In this document: positions 60,968 to 64,000 of the stretch, piece after piece
Position numbering within the stretch: position 1 is the stretch's first letter
Layout of the letters: the number at the start of each line of letters is the position of its first letter
DNA from: an uncultured Nitrospinota bacterium
Lineage (GTDB): Bacteria; Tectomicrobia; Entotheonellia; J063; CAVPRW01
DNA length: 64,000 nucleotides
Assembly: GCA_963707985.1 (NCBI GenBank)
Contig: CAVPRW010000041.1
Span: forward strand, 48,657-112,656
Direction: 5' to 3'
Made by a program: the position numbers and the translations under genes
The notes under the pieces: model-generated
What the model saw: only the letters and a program-made list of their open reading frames with translations
The model's database searches: none
Told to the model about the DNA's origin: nothing

Positions 60968-62362
60968 ATGGCAAGAGAAAACATTCTTGTGGTGGATGAT
61001 GAGCCAGATATGCGGGATGCACTGACAGCAGCGCTTCGACGGGAAGGGCTCTGCATCTCCACAGCCGCCAATGGTGTTGAAGCGCTGGAAAAGGTTCAAG
61101 GACAGTCGTTTGACTTGATCGTTACCGATGTGCGAATGCCGCGTATGGGGGGGCTGGCCTTGTTACAGGAGCTGAAGCGTACCTCCCCCACCATCCCCGT
61201 GATCATGATGACAGGGTACGGCCGTATTGAGGACGCCGTAGAAGCCATGAAGGCTGGAGCCTTCGATTATCTGCTCAAGCCCTTCTCCCTCGAAGACCTG
61301 AAAGCTGTGGTCACCAAGGCCTTAACGCCTCCCCATACGCCGGCAAGACCTCCAGTGGAACCCGCACGACACAAGGAGCACGACCACCGCGAGGCGGGCG
61401 GGAACCTCGAGCGGCCCATCGTCACTGCTGATCCCCGGATGCTTCAGGTCATCGACCTGGCTAAGGAAGCGGCCTCTAGTAAAGCCACCGTCCTGATTCA
61501 GGGGGAAAGCGGGACCGGAAAGGAGGTGCTAGCACGCTATATTCACGCCAACAGCCCGCGGAATATACAGCCATTTGTGGCGGTCAATTGCGCTGCTATC
61601 CCCGAAGGATTGCTCGAGAGTGAATTATTCGGCCATGAGAAAGGTGCCTTTACCGGAGCCATCACCATGCAAGTTGGCAAGTTCGAATGGGCCAACCGTG
61701 GCACTATCTTGCTCGACGAGATCAGCGAGATGCCCCTGCCCCTACAAGCGAAGCTGCTCAGAGTCCTCCAGGAACATGAGATCGAGCGTGTGGGCGCGCA
61801 CAAACCAGTAGCTGTAGACCTCCGGATCATCGCGACGACAAATCGTCGTTTGAAAGATCACACGGCAGCCGGCAAGTTTCGCGAAGACCTGTATTATCGC
61901 CTCAACGTCATTCCGCTAAACATCCCCCCTCTGCGTGAGCGCAAAGGCGATATTCCCTTGCTGATCGAACATTTCGTCCGCAAGCATAGTCGCGATGGCG
62001 ACCAACCGCTCCCGCGCATGAGTCATGAGACGATTCAGCACTTTCTTCAATACGATTGGCCAGGCAACATCCGCGAACTGGAGAATATGGTGGAGCGCTG
62101 GCTCGTACTTTATCAGGGTGGATTCCTCGCGACAAGCCATCTGTTTCTGAATGAGGGGGCTGCCGCCTTGCCTCAGGCATCTATGAGCAAACCGTCCATG
62201 TCCGTACGAGAGATGGAGCGCGCGCTCATCATGGAAACGCTGCAGGCGATGAACGGTAACCGGACGCAGGCGGCCAAGGTGCTCGGCATTAGCTTACGGA
62301 CGCTGCGTAACAAGCTGCGCGAGTATCAGGGAGGGTTCAGGATAAGCGCTGGCGACGAATGA
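60968..62362 (+). CDS. Sigma54-dependent NtrC-family response regulator (FleR/FlgR-like)
   Basis: REC (LVVDDE, TDVRMP), GESGTGKE, GAFTGA, Fis-type HTH NRTQAAKVLGISLRTLRNKL. Confidence 0.95.
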   Translation: MARENILVVDDEPDMRDALTAALRREGLCISTAANGVEALEKVQGQSFDLIVTDVRMPRMGGLALLQELKRTSPTIPVIMMTGYGRIEDAVEAMKAGAFDYLLKPFSLEDLKAVVTKALTPPHTPARPPVEPARHKEHDHREAGGNLERPIVTADPRMLQVIDLAKEAASSKATVLIQGESGTGKEVLARYIHANSPRNIQPFVAVNCAAIPEGLLESELFGHEKGAFTGAITMQVGKFEWANRGTILLDEISEMPLPLQAKLLRVLQEHEIERVGAHKPVAVDLRIIATTNRRLKDHTAAGKFREDLYYRLNVIPLNIPPLRERKGDIPLLIEHFVRKHSRDGDQPLPRMSHETIQHFLQYDWPGNIRELENMVERWLVLYQGGFLATSHLFLNEGAAALPQASMSKPSMSVREMERALIMETLQAMNGNRTQAAKVLGISLRTLRNKLREYQGGFRISAGDE

Positions 62363-62381
62363 GCAAGGTGCTTAGTACTAT

Positions 62382-63805
62382 CTGACATTGAGCAGGTGCT
62401 CAAAGAGAAAAGCTCGTCTATCCTCTGCTGACTGCTTAGCTGCCTTAAGGGGCTTCAGGGGAGGGGTTGACAATGGGACAAGTTCGCGTCGAGCGTTTCG
62501 ATTACTTATGTGTGATCGTTGCTGTGATGAACGACACAGGGCTGGTGGATCTGCTCGACACTCGTCTCGTGCCAGATACACAAGAAATGACTCGGCCTGG
62601 CGAAGCCGTGGCCGGGATGATCCTCAATGGCTTGGGCTTTGCCAATCGGCCCCTGTCGTCGAGGCCCAGATTTTTTGCCAGCAAACCCCTCGATCTCGTG
62701 TATCGTGAGGGCATCGAGTCTACGATAGTCAGGGACTTTAAGCTTGGCTGCACCCTCGATAAAGCCTATTCTTATGGCTACGACGGGTTATTTCAGGAGC
62801 TGGCTCTTACGGGCTGTGCTCATGAAGCTATTGATCTGCGTTTCAATCATCCTGACACGACCAGCTTCTCGCTCAGCGGCGAGTTTGTACCCGACAATGA
62901 TGAGCATGCTATGACGATTACCCACGGCTACTCCCAGGATCACCGGCCAGACCTGAAGCAGGCGGTGTTGGAACAGATGGTCTCGGAAGACGGTTTCGTG
63001 CCCTTTATGGATATGAGTTGAGATGGCCATACCTCAGACATCCAGATGTTCCAGAACGAGCCCAGGCCTTGATGCACGCCTTCACGAAAACGCCCAGCCC
63101 ACGGTATTTGGTCTCAGATACCAAATTCTATCACGAGCACAATGCCTTCAGCCTCAAAGGAATTGCCTTCATCACCCGTATTCCCAACACCTTCGGCGTC
63201 GTCTCACAGGTGATCACACAAGCGCTGGAGTGGAACACCTGGCAGCCTTTTGATGACAACCTCCGCTATCAGTCTCGTGAGTTGTGCCACTATGGCATGG
63301 CCCAGCGCTGGCTGTTGGTGTATTCGCAGGCGGCCCTTGAGCGCGCCGCCGCGACACTCACCAAAGCCAAACCTCGCGAGCATCGGGCTATCCCAAGTAA
63401 CTCTTTCACCTGCAAGCCCAACGCTTGTGTGCGCCCAGTGGCGCCCAAGATGCCCTGGCGGCGTTAGCCAAGCACTGGACGTATCACCGCGTCGAGTCCT
63501 ATCAGCTGAGCGCACACAAACACGACGCTGGCAACGGTCGACCCACACCGTGCACCCCACCCAAGGCCATCACGTGGCAAATCCAGGCCCAAATCCGTTC
63601 GAATGACGAGACGGGGGACCAAAATCGACGGGAGCGAGTTGCTCAGTGCCGAAGTCATTGCCGCCTACAAAGGTCGATCTTAAGTTGAAGGGGTGGTCGG
63701 TTTCTCAAAGATCCACTGTTTTTTGTCTTGTCGTTGTTTGTCAAAAAACCCAACCGGGTTAAAGGGTTGCTCATGGTGATCGCGACGGCGTTGCTGGTCC
63801 AGTCC
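62382..63805 (+). mobile_element. Decayed IS1634-family element (transposase pseudogene, ATG about 62472), truncated at 3' end
   Basis: DUF4277-like N-terminus (GEAVAGMILNGLGFANRPLS), HPDTTSFSL, HGYSQDHRPDLKQ, and a C-terminal FLKDPLFFV.SLFVKKP.R..GLLMV piece; internal stops (63019, 63681), frameshifts and a deletion; putative left IR CTGACATTGAGCAG at 62382-62395. Confidence 0.88.
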
Positions 63806-64000
63806 CTAATACTACAGTTGTAACAATCTCGCACCACTGGTATCTTGGTTCCAAACTCATGGAGGGAGGACGGAACCATGCGACAGATCGATGCCCCGAC
63901 GGAGGGACCTGGCCTGACCACGACCGATGCCACGGTGAGCACCATTGAGGGTGGCCTCGCCTACGTGGCGGACATTGGAGGGCGGCTGGCCCCCTATTTC
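63806..64000 (+). mobile_element. Left end of a probable IS701-family element (transposase starts at 63878, runs off window)
   Basis: IS1634 similarity stops abruptly near 63805; new ORF with GGAGG RBS reads MRQIDAPTEGPGLTTTDATVSTIEGGLAYVADIGGRLAPYF, resembling the IS701 transposase N-terminus before the ..R.EPR motif (from recall). Confidence 0.6.

Overview
Bacterial chromosomal window of moderately high GC. The gene style and IS types suggest a Tectomicrobia/Nitrospinota/deltaproteobacteria-like lineage, which is an inference and not verified. It is mostly housekeeping: ilvBNC, tsaB, a split Fo operon (atpZ-I-B-E), miaB, ltaE/pdxA, rodZ, aroE, pilB-pilC-pilS, mfd, surA, a PyrR-attenuated pyrR-pyrB-pyrC-carA-carB operon, csp, khtTU, an acyl-CoA synthetase and a FAH hydrolase. 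Two non-routine modules stand out. (1) 52.0-62.4 kb: a stand-alone FabF-fold ketosynthase with an altered catalytic triad (Cys165-His305-Gln342) and no ACP, chain-length factor or tailoring genes in the window. It is translationally coupled to three overlapping histidine-kinase-like genes: a multi-TM GAF-PAS kinase, a pseudo-receiver/GAF/PAS protein with a degenerate ATPase domain, and a REC-GAF-GAF-PAS kinase. A sigma54 activator follows. This is a candidate acyl-signal synthesis or acyl-sensing phosphorelay. (2) 5.5-10.9 kb: a b6-type (heme ci Cys) cytochrome b/subunit IV with an octaheme coiled-coil-stalked cytochrome c and no Rieske gene. A membrane-anchored, catalytically degenerate Mrr-fold protein sits upstream of cytochrome b instead, and the cluster runs directly into the Fo genes. 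Nine single-base indels in four genes (cytochrome b, subunit IV, carA, third kinase) are most likely sequencing errors. The window ends in a decayed IS1634 that is cut off by a probable IS701-family element. No tRNA, rRNA or CRISPR array was seen.
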